Positions 28,267 to 37,146 are shown, numbered from the stretch's first letter. The stretch is 51,878 bases of DNA from an uncultured Candidatus Saccharibacteria bacterium (GCA_964427585.1 CAYRVC010000002.1:130864-182741); one strand, 5' to 3'. A program made the numbers and translations. Notes: a model not told the origin generated them from the letters alone.

Positions 28267-30347
28267 TGCCTAGTCCAGAGCAAAGGGCAAGCGACCCTGA
28301 GCCGCAATTAACACAGGAGGAGGTTGTTGAAAATATTCCAAATCCAGAATATCCGTATATTGTAATAAAAGAAAAATCAGTTTCTTATCTTGGCGTTGAA
28401 GTGCCAAAATCAGAAGGCGGCCGATTAGTGCCCAAAGAATCTGAATTCAAGGAAGAATACTTTTACTTAGAGGGTCATCATGAAACCATGAGGGAAATTG
28501 CCACTTCCCTGCTTTTAAATAAGCCTATTTTGCTTGAAGGAGGAACAGGAGTTTATAATAAGACGACTACTGTGGCCAAAATGTGCAAGGATTTAAATGC
28601 TAATTACTGCAAGGTGAATTTTGACCGGGAAACAGCCAGAGAAGATGTAATAGGAGGTCAGACTTTGAAAGTTGATGAGAATGGAAAAGAGAAACTTGAA
28701 TGGTATGACGGAGACCTGATGTATGCTATAAGAAATGGCGGCGTGGCCTTTTTGGACGAGTATAACCGTCAAAGCAAACTGGCGGGAATTATCAATCCCA
28801 TTATTGATGCCATATTAAACGGCAGGAAGGAAATTACTAATCCCTATAACGAAAATGAACGGGTTGCGGTTCACCCCGATTTCAGGCTGGTTGCGGCCCA
28901 GAATCCACCAGGCTTTGAGGGAGGACACGAGTACACTGACAGAAACCAACTGCCTGCCGAAACCTTTGGCAGATGGATTTACAAAAAACTGCCCATTGAA
29001 TATACCGAAGAGCAGGAAAATAAACTTTTTGCGGGTATGATTGGCGAGGATGTGGAACTTAATATTCCTGAATCGGAATTTCGTCATCCTGGCGAAGGCA
29101 TCCCGGTAAAAGAATTGGCTGAAGTTCCGGGCATGGTTCATTGGAGAAGAGAGATTATTACCATTTTGAGAACCTTAGAAGCAAAGTCATCAGGATCCAA
29201 ACGGGAAATGGCCAAGAATCAACGCCAGAATCTTTACTTTAACCCAAGATTGAAAAAAACCATCATTGACTACATTGCCAGATTCTACAACGGCGATATT
29301 AATGAAACCGTAAAAAACGGGTTTGAAACCTGTATTGTGGGAATGTATAGCTCACAAGAGGATAAGCAGAAAGTCAGGCTTTTGCTGGACCAGGCATCTT
29401 GGACTGCGCCAAAAGTTGAATCCAAACGAAGGGGGCTGGAAACAAGAGGCATCGAAGCTGGAAAAAAAAGAAAACTCATTGATGAAATAGAAACTCTGAA
29501 ATCAGAAATTGAAGACAGCGGCAAATTGCCGGAAACTCTCAAAACATCAGAAGCCGATAAGGAAGAAAATCCCATTATTAAAGGAAAAACCGAAAAAGGG
29601 GAGCCGGTAGAATTTAATTTTGAACAAATTAAAAGCAAGGTAGTTGATTTTAATCGAAACCAGGGTCTGGAAGAATTAGCCAATGTGATAGAGAGCAGCT
29701 CAATCTCTTTAACTAAAGAACAGCAGAAAGCCATCGTGGAAATGGTTGAAAAAGAAGGCTTTGATTCTGCTTGGATTTTCCCCGGCAATGAAATGATGCG
29801 GGAAAATTCGGTAAAAATAAAAGAAGGGACAGAGAAGGATATGGAGGGGCTGGATCCAAGGAATCAGTACAGCGAAGAAGGAACATATCTTTACAACGAA
29901 GTATCGTTTGAATTCCCAGATAAGATACAAAATAATAACCGGCCGGATAAACCCTACGTGCTTTTATACAAATCCAATCTTGAAACTGATGAAGAGACGA
30001 GAAAATCCCTTAAGGGGTTAGATGATAAAGAAGTTGATAATTCAGCGGAAAATCTTAGGAAGTATTTTGAGAAACGAGGCATTAAGGGACTAACCCTAGA
30101 AGAATACTTTGTCTTGCAAAGAGTAATAACGGAAAACAATAAGGCTGAGGAAAATCCCCACCCCGACACCAAAAATTGGACATGGTTATTGGATTCTGAA
30201 TTATCACCGGATTCCAAAAATCCCGGTCGGGTCTTGCGGGCTCATTGGAATCCCGGCTATCGGCGGGTCAGGGTGGGTTCGAATACTCCTGGCCTTTCCT
30301 ATCCGTCTGTTGGGGCTCGCTCCTCAGCCATCTTTGAAATACTTTGA
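28266..30347 (+). CDS. MoxR/AAA_5-type AAA+ protein fused to a C-terminal DGR target (C-type lectin-fold-like) domain
   Basis: PILLEGGTGVYNKTT (variant Walker A), AFLDEYN (Walker B), HPDFRLVAAQNP, FGRW; C-terminus LTLEEY..LQR...HPD.KNWTWLLDS...GRVL.AHWNP...VGARSS typical of DGR variable proteins; a DGR-type RT remnant follows. Confidence 0.85.
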   Translation: MPSPEQRASDPEPQLTQEEVVENIPNPEYPYIVIKEKSVSYLGVEVPKSEGGRLVPKESEFKEEYFYLEGHHETMREIATSLLLNKPILLEGGTGVYNKTTTVAKMCKDLNANYCKVNFDRETAREDVIGGQTLKVDENGKEKLEWYDGDLMYAIRNGGVAFLDEYNRQSKLAGIINPIIDAILNGRKEITNPYNENERVAVHPDFRLVAAQNPPGFEGGHEYTDRNQLPAETFGRWIYKKLPIEYTEEQENKLFAGMIGEDVELNIPESEFRHPGEGIPVKELAEVPGMVHWRREIITILRTLEAKSSGSKREMAKNQRQNLYFNPRLKKTIIDYIARFYNGDINETVKNGFETCIVGMYSSQEDKQKVRLLLDQASWTAPKVESKRRGLETRGIEAGKKRKLIDEIETLKSEIEDSGKLPETLKTSEADKEENPIIKGKTEKGEPVEFNFEQIKSKVVDFNRNQGLEELANVIESSSISLTKEQQKAIVEMVEKEGFDSAWIFPGNEMMRENSVKIKEGTEKDMEGLDPRNQYSEEGTYLYNEVSFEFPDKIQNNNRPDKPYVLLYKSNLETDEETRKSLKGLDDKEVDNSAENLRKYFEKRGIKGLTLEEYFVLQRVITENNKAEENPHPDTKNWTWLLDSELSPDSKNPGRVLRAHWNPGYRRVRVGSNTPGLSYPSVGARSSAIFEIL
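30222..30329 (+). other. Putative DGR variable region (VR)
   Basis: Only 10 A in 108 nt at the 3' end of a strongly A-rich gene; many NNT codons among W/P/G/R scaffold residues. Confidence 0.65.
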
Positions 30348-30429
30348 TGTTTGGACCTTTAAGCTTTGATGATTTGGTTTTAATATTTAATCCTTAATTT
30401 TCGTCCGCCGCAAATTTTTACTCAATGCG

Positions 30430-31302
30430 CATTGCCCGTATAAAAAGTTTGTAATTTGCGACCCCAAAGAAAGGATAATCCATAAGTCCGCGCTAGTTGA
30501 TAGGATTGTCCATCAGATGATTTTTAATTATTTAAACCCCATATTCGAAGACAGGTTTATTTTTGACATATATGCTTCGATAAAATGCCGGGGAAATCAC
30601 TTAGTGGTTAAAAATTTCAGGATGAAATGCTTAAGAGAAAGCCGAGGGGGAAGGAGGGTGATTTGGGTATTAAAATGCGATATCAAGAAATTCTTTGATA
30701 GCATCGACCACAAAATCCTATTTTCTTTTATTGCAAAACAGGTTAAGGACGAGAAAATCCTTAAATTAATAAAAGACATATTGTTCAGCTATAATGTATT
30801 ACCGGGCAAAGGCCTCCCCTTAGGCAACCTAACCAGCCAACTTTTTGCCAATATTTATCTTCACGAGCTCGATTACCATGTAAAGCACGTTTTGAAGATA
30901 AAAAACTATGTTCGGTTTAATGATGATTTTGTTATCATTTCTGAAGATAAAAATATTTTGCAGGATTTTTCGGCAAAAATTAAAGAATTTTTACATGACA
31001 GGCTGGAACTAAGCCTCCCTAATAACAAAACATCAACAAGAAAATTCATGTGGTGAATAGACTTTTTGGGATATATAGCCTTGCCCGGAGGATTTTTATT
31101 AAGAAAGAAAACCAAAAAAAGAATGTTCCGCAAGATTGAAGAGAGAAGCATCAAATACCTGAAAAACAAAATATCTTTTAATAAGAAAAATCAAACAGTA
31201 AATTCTTACTTGGGGATGATAAAAAACTGCAATTCCTTCAGATTAAATCAAAAAGTCCTATTAACGCTATTGCTAATGGATGAAAAAAGTTTTGATGTTT
31301 AG
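30430..31302 (+). pseudogene. Decayed DGR-type reverse transcriptase (5'-truncated, one in-frame TGA)
   Basis: One frame reads HCPYKKFVICDPKERIIHKSALVDRIVHQ, VLKCDIKKFFDSIDH, GLPLGNLTSQLFANIYL, YVRFNDDF, then MW*IDFLGY with TGA at 31054-31056. Track ORFs 30517-31056 and 31066-31302 are the same frame. No start codon after the upstream TAA at 30388-30390 until 30517. Confidence 0.9.
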
Positions 31303-31371
31303 ATGGAAAGTTTTACTATTAAAGAAATATATCACTTTTTAACGATGCAAAAATGGTAAATTATAAGTCAA

Positions 31372-31393
31372 AAGAGGGCTTTGAAGCCCTCTT
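31372..31393. terminator. Hairpin downstream of tRNA-Leu and the RT remnant
   Basis: aagagggct-ttga-agccctctt. Confidence 0.6.
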
Positions 31394-31423
31394 AAATCGC
31401 CAAAATACCCATATTGGGTCATC

Positions 31424-31509
31424 TGGTGCCCGGAGTGGGAGTCGAACCCACATGAGCTTTCGCTCAAAGGATTTTAAGTCCTTCGTGTATACCATTCCAC
31501 CACCCGGGC
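31424..31509 (-). tRNA. tRNA-Leu(TAA)
   Basis: GCCCGGG/TCCGGGC acceptor, AAGGA-CT-TAA-AA-TCCTT, long variable arm TGAGC-GAAA-GCTCA, encoded CCA. Confidence 0.95.
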
Positions 31510-31516
31510 ATGTCTT

Positions 31517-32254
31517 TTATATTATTTTAAAAGTTGTACGTATTTTATTTTTCCAACTAGATTTATTTTTTTCTAAGAAATAATCATATTTTTTAGAAAA
31601 ATTTTGTGTTTTAGAAATATTTAAAAATTCTGCTTTTCTGTCCATTCCAACTGGATAATTTGTGTAGTACATAAATCTTAATAATTTTAATGTGTCATAC
31701 GTGCCATATCCCAATTTAAGTGAACTGCCATCATTATATCCACATATTTTCTTTTTAAATAAACCTAGTTTCTTGTACAAAATATCCTGAAGGCTTTCTA
31801 AAAATTCAATACTCCCCGAAGTAAAATTACTCCTTAACTCTGATCGTGATTTTTTATTCTTCGTATTTATATAATTCACAAAGAATACGCTTCCATCTCC
31901 ATCAAAATATCCCCTAATAAAATCTGGCAAGAATTTGTTTGGAACCGGGGGAAAAATAACTTTTCTGCTTTTACATCTTACTCCACCAAGTTCTAATAGT
32001 TTCGAATACAATTTTTTAGAAAATATAATTAGATCTTTACTATCATCTCTCTTTCGAAAAATTATTTTATGATCTGAATCTAAACATTTTCTTATAGAAA
32101 GTAATATATTAACATCCTTTGAGCAAAAACTAATTCTATAAGATTTTTCATGACGCATATACCCGTCGGCGAACCAAAACCCTAAAACATATGCCATTTT
32201 TGGACACCATTCATCAAAAAAATTCTCATTAATAAAATACTTTTTTGCCAACAT
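31517..32254 (-). mobile_element. Free-standing double-motif LAGLIDADG homing endonuclease gene (245 aa)
   Basis: AYVLGFWFADG and FIRGYFDGDG motifs; AT-rich. ATG at 32254; the track start lies inside tRNA-Cys. Confidence 0.88.
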
Positions 32255-32255
32255 A

Positions 32256-32331
32256 TGGAGGCGGCGATGAGATTCGCACTCATGTATAGTGGTTTTGCAG
32301 ACCACTGCGTTAGCTTCTTCGCCACGCCGCC
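32256..32331 (-). tRNA. tRNA-Cys(GCA)
   Basis: GGCGGCG/CGCCGCC acceptor, discriminator U, GCA anticodon, encoded CCA; T-loop reads TGCGAAT. Confidence 0.9.
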
Positions 32332-32361
32332 TTATTACCTTCCATTTTATTCCATTCTACT

Positions 32362-32709
32362 TTATTTTTCCTCTTTTTTCAACGATTCCAGCAACTCCTC
32401 CACCCTGCCCAACCTGCCTGTTTCTTCGTCATTTGCAAATTTGATTTTAGGGATGGGGCGCATATTCAGTTTTTTGTTTATTTTTTGCTGAATATGAAAA
32501 ACATCTTTATTCAAAATTTTAAAAACTTCACCCGATTTGTTTTCGGGAAATGTTGAAACATAAACTTTTGCCTCAATTAAATTTGAAGTTGTTTCAACGC
32601 GGGTTAGGGTAACCATGACTCCGTCGGGAAAAGAGATTTCCCTAAGGATTATTCCGCTTATTTCCCGCTTCAGCAAGGAGTTCACTTTTTCAACGCGATT
32701 GCTTGGCAT
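32362..32709 (-). CDS. rbfA: Ribosome-binding factor A
   Basis: RVEKVNSLLKREIS, VTLTRVETT, MRPIPKIKF; follows infB. Confidence 0.92.
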   Translation of the reverse strand: MPSNRVEKVNSLLKREISGIILREISFPDGVMVTLTRVETTSNLIEAKVYVSTFPENKSGEVFKILNKDVFHIQQKINKKLNMRPIPKIKFANDEETGRLGRVEELLESLKKEEK

Positions 32710-32730
32710 ATTGATTCTTGTTTGAAGTTT

Positions 32731-34248
32731 TTATAACTCGCCCTTTTTCCGCTCTTCTGTATATGCCGCCAAAATATCTCCCTTTTCAATCTTCACGTTT
32801 CCTTCAAATAAAATTCCTGCTTCGTCGCCTTTTACCAGGCGGTCTGCATTTTTTTTATCGCGCTGGAGGTTGATTATTTTTCCCGCCCCTGTTTTTTTGT
32901 TATCCCGGACAACTTCCAGCTTCAATCCTTTTTTTAATTCGCCTTCAATGATTTTTCCGCCGACAATCTGGCGGTTTTTTTCTCCCCAGAAAACAAGCAG
33001 TGTTTTTAGTTTGCCGATGTCTTTTCTGATGATTTCCGGTTCCAGTTTTTTTTCCAGACCCTGCCTTATGTCCTGTATCAGTTCGTAAATCACATTGAAT
33101 ATTTTAATCCTTAACTGCTTTTCCATATCGTTTTTCATAAACCTTACAACCTCTGGAGACATTTTTACCCTGAAGCCGATTATTTGGGCTTTTGACATTT
33201 TTGCAAGTTTCAGGTCGTTTTCTGAAATATCGCCTGCCTCCGACTTTAAAATCCTTAAAATAACCTTATCCTGAGGCAAGTTTTTCAGCATTGATTCTAT
33301 CGCCTCCAGCGAGCCGAAAACGTCAGCTTTTAAGATTATATTAAGTATTTTTTTATCGGGGTCTGTTTCAAGCACCGTTGAGCCGATTTCTCTTTTCGGC
33401 CCTTCTTTTTTTAATTTTTGTTCAGCCTCCTCAACTGTTTTGTAACTTTTAAATTTTTCTCCGACTGCCGGAACTTTTTCAAATCCCAGAACAATTGCCG
33501 GCTGTGAGGGTTTTGCTTCTTCAATTTCTTTGCCCTGGAAATTCTGCAAAGACCTCACTTTTGCCAAAGCCAAATCCGTGGCTATTATATCCTTTTTTCT
33601 TAAAATTCCTTTTTTAACAATAACAGTGGCAATAGGGCCTTTTAAGCCGTGCATATAGGATTCGATTACCAGCCCTTCGCTTGGAACATCTGTTTTTGCT
33701 TTTAATTCTTTGATGTCGGCCATCAGCAAAATTATTTCCAGCAGTTCAGGTATCCCTGTTTTTTCTTTCGCAGACACCTCAACCGATGGAATGTCGCCCC
33801 CCATTGATTCTGCCAAAATATTGATTTTTGCCAGTTCTCCTTTTATTTTTTCAGGGTTGGCTGTCGGCAGGTCAATTTTGTTTAAAACAATAATCATGGG
33901 GATTTCCGCCATTTTTATTGCCGCTATCGCTTCTTTTGTCTGCGGTTGCACCGATTGGGCGGCATCAATAACCAATAGGGCGATATCTGCCACACTGGCT
34001 CCCCTCGCCCTCATCGCGGAAAACGCCTCGTGCCCGGGCGTATCTATAAAGGTTATTTTTTTTCCCTTTTCTTCCACCTCGTAAGCTCCTATATGCTGGG
34101 TAATTCCGCCTGACTCTTTGGAGGTTATTTTAAAATCCCTGATAGCTTCCAAAAGGGAAGATTTTCCATGGTCCACATGGCCTAAAACAACCGCCACCGG
34201 CGGCCTTGTTTTTATATCCTCGTTTTGTTTTTTATTATTTTCAGCCAT
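32731..34248 (-). CDS. infB: Translation initiation factor IF-2 (short form without the long N-terminal domain)
   Basis: RPPVAVVLGHVDHGKSSLL, GGITQHIGAY, DTPGHEAF, NKID, ILKADVFGSLEAI. Confidence 0.97.
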   Translation of the reverse strand: MAENNKKQNEDIKTRPPVAVVLGHVDHGKSSLLEAIRDFKITSKESGGITQHIGAYEVEEKGKKITFIDTPGHEAFSAMRARGASVADIALLVIDAAQSVQPQTKEAIAAIKMAEIPMIIVLNKIDLPTANPEKIKGELAKINILAESMGGDIPSVEVSAKEKTGIPELLEIILLMADIKELKAKTDVPSEGLVIESYMHGLKGPIATVIVKKGILRKKDIIATDLALAKVRSLQNFQGKEIEEAKPSQPAIVLGFEKVPAVGEKFKSYKTVEEAEQKLKKEGPKREIGSTVLETDPDKKILNIILKADVFGSLEAIESMLKNLPQDKVILRILKSEAGDISENDLKLAKMSKAQIIGFRVKMSPEVVRFMKNDMEKQLRIKIFNVIYELIQDIRQGLEKKLEPEIIRKDIGKLKTLLVFWGEKNRQIVGGKIIEGELKKGLKLEVVRDNKKTGAGKIINLQRDKKNADRLVKGDEAGILFEGNVKIEKGDILAAYTEERKKGEL

Positions 34249-34300
34249 TAAAATAAATATTAAACAGGCGATTTTTTTGTTATCGCCTTATTCTTTTCAT

Positions 34301-34389
34301 TGGCGGAGGAGGTGGGACTCGAACCCACAAGACAGCTTGCGCCGTCAAAGTTTAGCAAACTTTTGGAATAACCATTATCCGACTCCTCC
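34301..34389 (-). tRNA. tRNA-Ser(GCT)
   Basis: GGAGGAG/CTCCTCC acceptor, AAAGT-TT-GCT-AA-ACTTT, long variable arm, discriminator G, encoded CCA. Confidence 0.93.
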
Positions 34390-34471
34390 AGTTGATTTTT
34401 TATTTTACTATTTAAAATCAATTAAGTCAATTTGATTTTATGAATATTTGTGATATGGTTAAAATAATAAT

Positions 34472-34544
34472 GCGCCCGTAGTTTAATGGATAAAACGTAG
34501 GGTTGCGGACCCTAAAACTGCAGGTTCGATTCCTGCCGGGCGCA
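34472..34544 (+). tRNA. tRNA-Arg(GCG)
   Basis: GCGCCCG/CGGGCGC acceptor, TAGGG-TT-GCG-GA-CCCTA, GCAGG-TTCGATT-CCTGC. Confidence 0.93.
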
Positions 34545-34547
34545 CAT

Positions 34548-36752
34548 ATGTTAACTCTCGAAACGCCGGTTGAGCAGTTTCCTAAAATAGGTTTAGCTTA
34601 TCAAAAAAAACTTAAAAAACTGGGGATTAAAACAATCCAGGACATGCTTTTTTATTTTCCGGCAAGGTATGATGATTTTTCAAAAATAATCAAAATATCT
34701 TATGCCAGGCAGAAACTGGGGGAAACCGTATGTCTGCAGGGGAGAATCACCCAAATAGAATCAATGCTGACCTGGAAAAAGGGAATGAGCGTGATTGAAG
34801 CTTCTGTCGAGGATAATACGGGAAGCATGCGGGCGATTTGGTTTAATCAGCCGTATTTGGCAAAAATTTTGGCAGAAGACGATTTTGTATGCCTGGCGGG
34901 AAAGGTAAGCCTGGGGAAAAGCGGGCTTTATCTGAATAATCCCAGTTACGAAAAAATAAACGGAATAGGGGAAAATGAAAACCTCACCCATACGGGCAGA
35001 ATAGTTCCCGTGTATCCTGAAACAAAAGGTATTACCTCAAGGTGGCTTAGATATGTAATAAAGCCTCTGCTTTTTATGTTTTCAGAACAGGTGCAAGAAA
35101 GCCTCCCCCGCGAAATAATCAAAAAAAATAAATTTTTAAATATCAACGAAGCCCTGTGGCAACTGCATTTTCCCGATTCTTTTGAGCACGCGGACGCGGC
35201 TAAGGCGCGTTTTTCTTTTGAAGAAATTTTTTTAATACAACTTCTCGCCCTTAAAGAGAAGATGCGGCTGATGCAGAAAAAATCAGAGGCTTTTTCGCTG
35301 GACGAAAATCTAATGAAACGGTTTGCGAAATCTTTGGCTTTTAAGCTTACCGACTCCCAAAGAAAATGCGCGTTTCAGGTGTTGAAAGATTTGGAAAAAA
35401 CAGTTCCGATGTCCAGGTTGCTTGAAGGGGATGTCGGGTCAGGAAAAACAGCGGTGGCGGTGATGGCTAGCCTGAATGTCGTGAAAAATTCCATATCTCC
35501 TGCCGGCCAGGTTGCCTATTTGGCTCCCACGGAAATACTGGCAAAACAGCATTTTAAAAATATTTCCCAGTTGCTGGACAGCTTTGGCGTAAAAATAGGC
35601 CTTTTAACCAGCAAAGAAGCAAGGATTAAAAGCGACAGTGAAATATCGGAGGTTTCCAAAAAAAGCCTTCTGGGGGATTTGGAAAACGGCCAGCTTGATA
35701 TTATTATCGGAACGCATTCTCTTATCCAAAAAGGAGTGGATTTTAAAAATTTGGCCTTGGTGATTGTGGACGAACAGCACAGGTTCGGGGTCAGCCAGCG
35801 CAGCGCTTTGGTAAGCAGAGGCGATAAAATGCCCCACTTGTTATCAATGACAGCCACTCCTATTCCCCGCACTTTGGCGTTGACCGTTTACGGAGATTTG
35901 GATTTGTCGCTGATAGACGAGATGCCAAAAAACAGGAAAAAAATAAAAACAATCGTTGTGGAACAAAAGCAGAGAAAAGAGGCTTACGAATTCATAAAAA
36001 AAGAAGTAAAAGAGGGGAAAGGAGTTTTTGTAATCTGCCCGAAAATAGAAAGCAAAAAAGAAAATTCATCAAATATGACCGATATGTCCGGTTCTTACTC
36101 AGCTGAATTCGGCTTATCTGACTTTAAGCCAAAGAATTATGACTTGAGAAGCTTATCGATAATGGAAGTGAAGGCGGTGAAAGATGAATATGAAAAGCTT
36201 TCATCTGAAATTTTTCCGGATTTGAGGATAACAATGCTGCACGGAAGAATGAAGCCGAAAGAAAAAGAAATAATAATGCAGGATTTTAAAAACGGCGAGA
36301 TTGATATTTTAGTTTCCACTTCTGTCGTGGAGGTGGGAATTGATGTTCCCAGGGCCACAATAATGATGATAGAGGGAGCCGAGCGTTTTGGCTTGGCCCA
36401 GCTCCACCAGTTCCGTGGCAGGGTGGGAAGGTCGGATATGCAGTCATACTGTTTTTTATTTACCACCGACCCCAGCCAGCAAAACAGAAGGCGGCTGAAG
36501 GCAATGGTTGAATATGACAGCGGCTTCAAATTGGCTGAAAAAGATTTGGAAATTAGAGGCCCCGGCCAGATTTACGGAACTCAGCAGTGGGGAATTCCGG
36601 ACATTGCCATGCAGGGACTGACCAATATATTTTTGGTTGAAAAAACCAGGCAGGCGGCAAAAGAAATTTTAGAAAAAGACCCTGAATTGGAAAATCACCC
36701 TTTATTAAAAGAAAGGCTAAAACAATTTCAACAGAGAATACACTTTGAATAG
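34548..36752 (+). CDS. recG: ATP-dependent DNA helicase RecG
   Basis: FYFPARYDD, WFNQPY, EGDVGSGKT, VDEQHRFGV, MTATPIPRTL, AQLHQFRGRVGR, DLEIRGPG. ATG at 34548; the track start is inside the tRNA. Confidence 0.97.
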   Translation: MLTLETPVEQFPKIGLAYQKKLKKLGIKTIQDMLFYFPARYDDFSKIIKISYARQKLGETVCLQGRITQIESMLTWKKGMSVIEASVEDNTGSMRAIWFNQPYLAKILAEDDFVCLAGKVSLGKSGLYLNNPSYEKINGIGENENLTHTGRIVPVYPETKGITSRWLRYVIKPLLFMFSEQVQESLPREIIKKNKFLNINEALWQLHFPDSFEHADAAKARFSFEEIFLIQLLALKEKMRLMQKKSEAFSLDENLMKRFAKSLAFKLTDSQRKCAFQVLKDLEKTVPMSRLLEGDVGSGKTAVAVMASLNVVKNSISPAGQVAYLAPTEILAKQHFKNISQLLDSFGVKIGLLTSKEARIKSDSEISEVSKKSLLGDLENGQLDIIIGTHSLIQKGVDFKNLALVIVDEQHRFGVSQRSALVSRGDKMPHLLSMTATPIPRTLALTVYGDLDLSLIDEMPKNRKKIKTIVVEQKQRKEAYEFIKKEVKEGKGVFVICPKIESKKENSSNMTDMSGSYSAEFGLSDFKPKNYDLRSLSIMEVKAVKDEYEKLSSEIFPDLRITMLHGRMKPKEKEIIMQDFKNGEIDILVSTSVVEVGIDVPRATIMMIEGAERFGLAQLHQFRGRVGRSDMQSYCFLFTTDPSQQNRRRLKAMVEYDSGFKLAEKDLEIRGPGQIYGTQQWGIPDIAMQGLTNIFLVEKTRQAAKEILEKDPELENHPLLKERLKQFQQRIHFE

Positions 36753-36825
36753 AATTTCTAATTTTCAATTTTCAAACAAAAAACCGGCGAGAAGCCGGAT
36801 TTCTATGCAAAAATCGTTTTTTTGG

Positions 36826-37131
36826 TTATAATTTGGTGCCCAGCTTTTCGGCAATTTGCTGAAACCACTTTTCGTGCGTGTCGACGCGAAGGTTGACTCT
36901 TGAGGCGACCGTAATAAATTCCTGGCGCAGATCGTCTATTGCTTTAACCAGTTTGTCAACGGAAATAACCAGTGCCCTCACCAATTCCTTTAAGTCGTTG
37001 ATATCGGTTTTAATTTCTTTTTTAAAAACCTTGAATTCTTCTTGGGGCAACATTCTAAAGGATAGATTGTTAAAATCCTCCTTAGTTGCCAGAAACTGCG
37101 TCAATTTTTCGATATCCGAATCCTCAAGCAT
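36826..37131 (-). CDS. Small coiled-coil protein with its own promoter and downstream hairpin
   Basis: LATKEDF...DKLVKAIDDLRQEF...IAEKLGTKL, loosely like 19332/19860; hairpin aaaccggc-gagaa-gccggattt near 36780-36805. Confidence 0.7.
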   Translation of the reverse strand: MLEDSDIEKLTQFLATKEDFNNLSFRMLPQEEFKVFKKEIKTDINDLKELVRALVISVDKLVKAIDDLRQEFITVASRVNLRVDTHEKWFQQIAEKLGTKL

Positions 37132-37146
37132 TTATTATGTGTTTTA

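Noticed and set aside
31054-31056. UGA-to-Gly recoding (code 25) suggested by the TGA at a conserved RT glycine
   Set aside because: All long housekeeping ORFs are open under code 11 and TGA ends real genes (10421, 30347). A single GGA-to-TGA change in a decaying gene is simpler.
30430-31302. Group II intron or retron
   Set aside because: The motif set (GLPLGNLTSQLFANIYL, short C-terminus) and the adjacent variable-region gene fit a DGR. No maturase or endonuclease extension or msr/msd structure was seen.
25328-31509. Integrative island bounded by att repeats at tRNA-Leu(TAA)
   Set aside because: No duplicate of the tRNA 3' end near the ZIP gene and no integrase found. Island status is unproven.
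36055-36170. ~30-aa insertion in RecG as an intein or repeat insert
   Set aside because: No intein terminal motifs and no clear palindrome; probably an ordinary variable loop.
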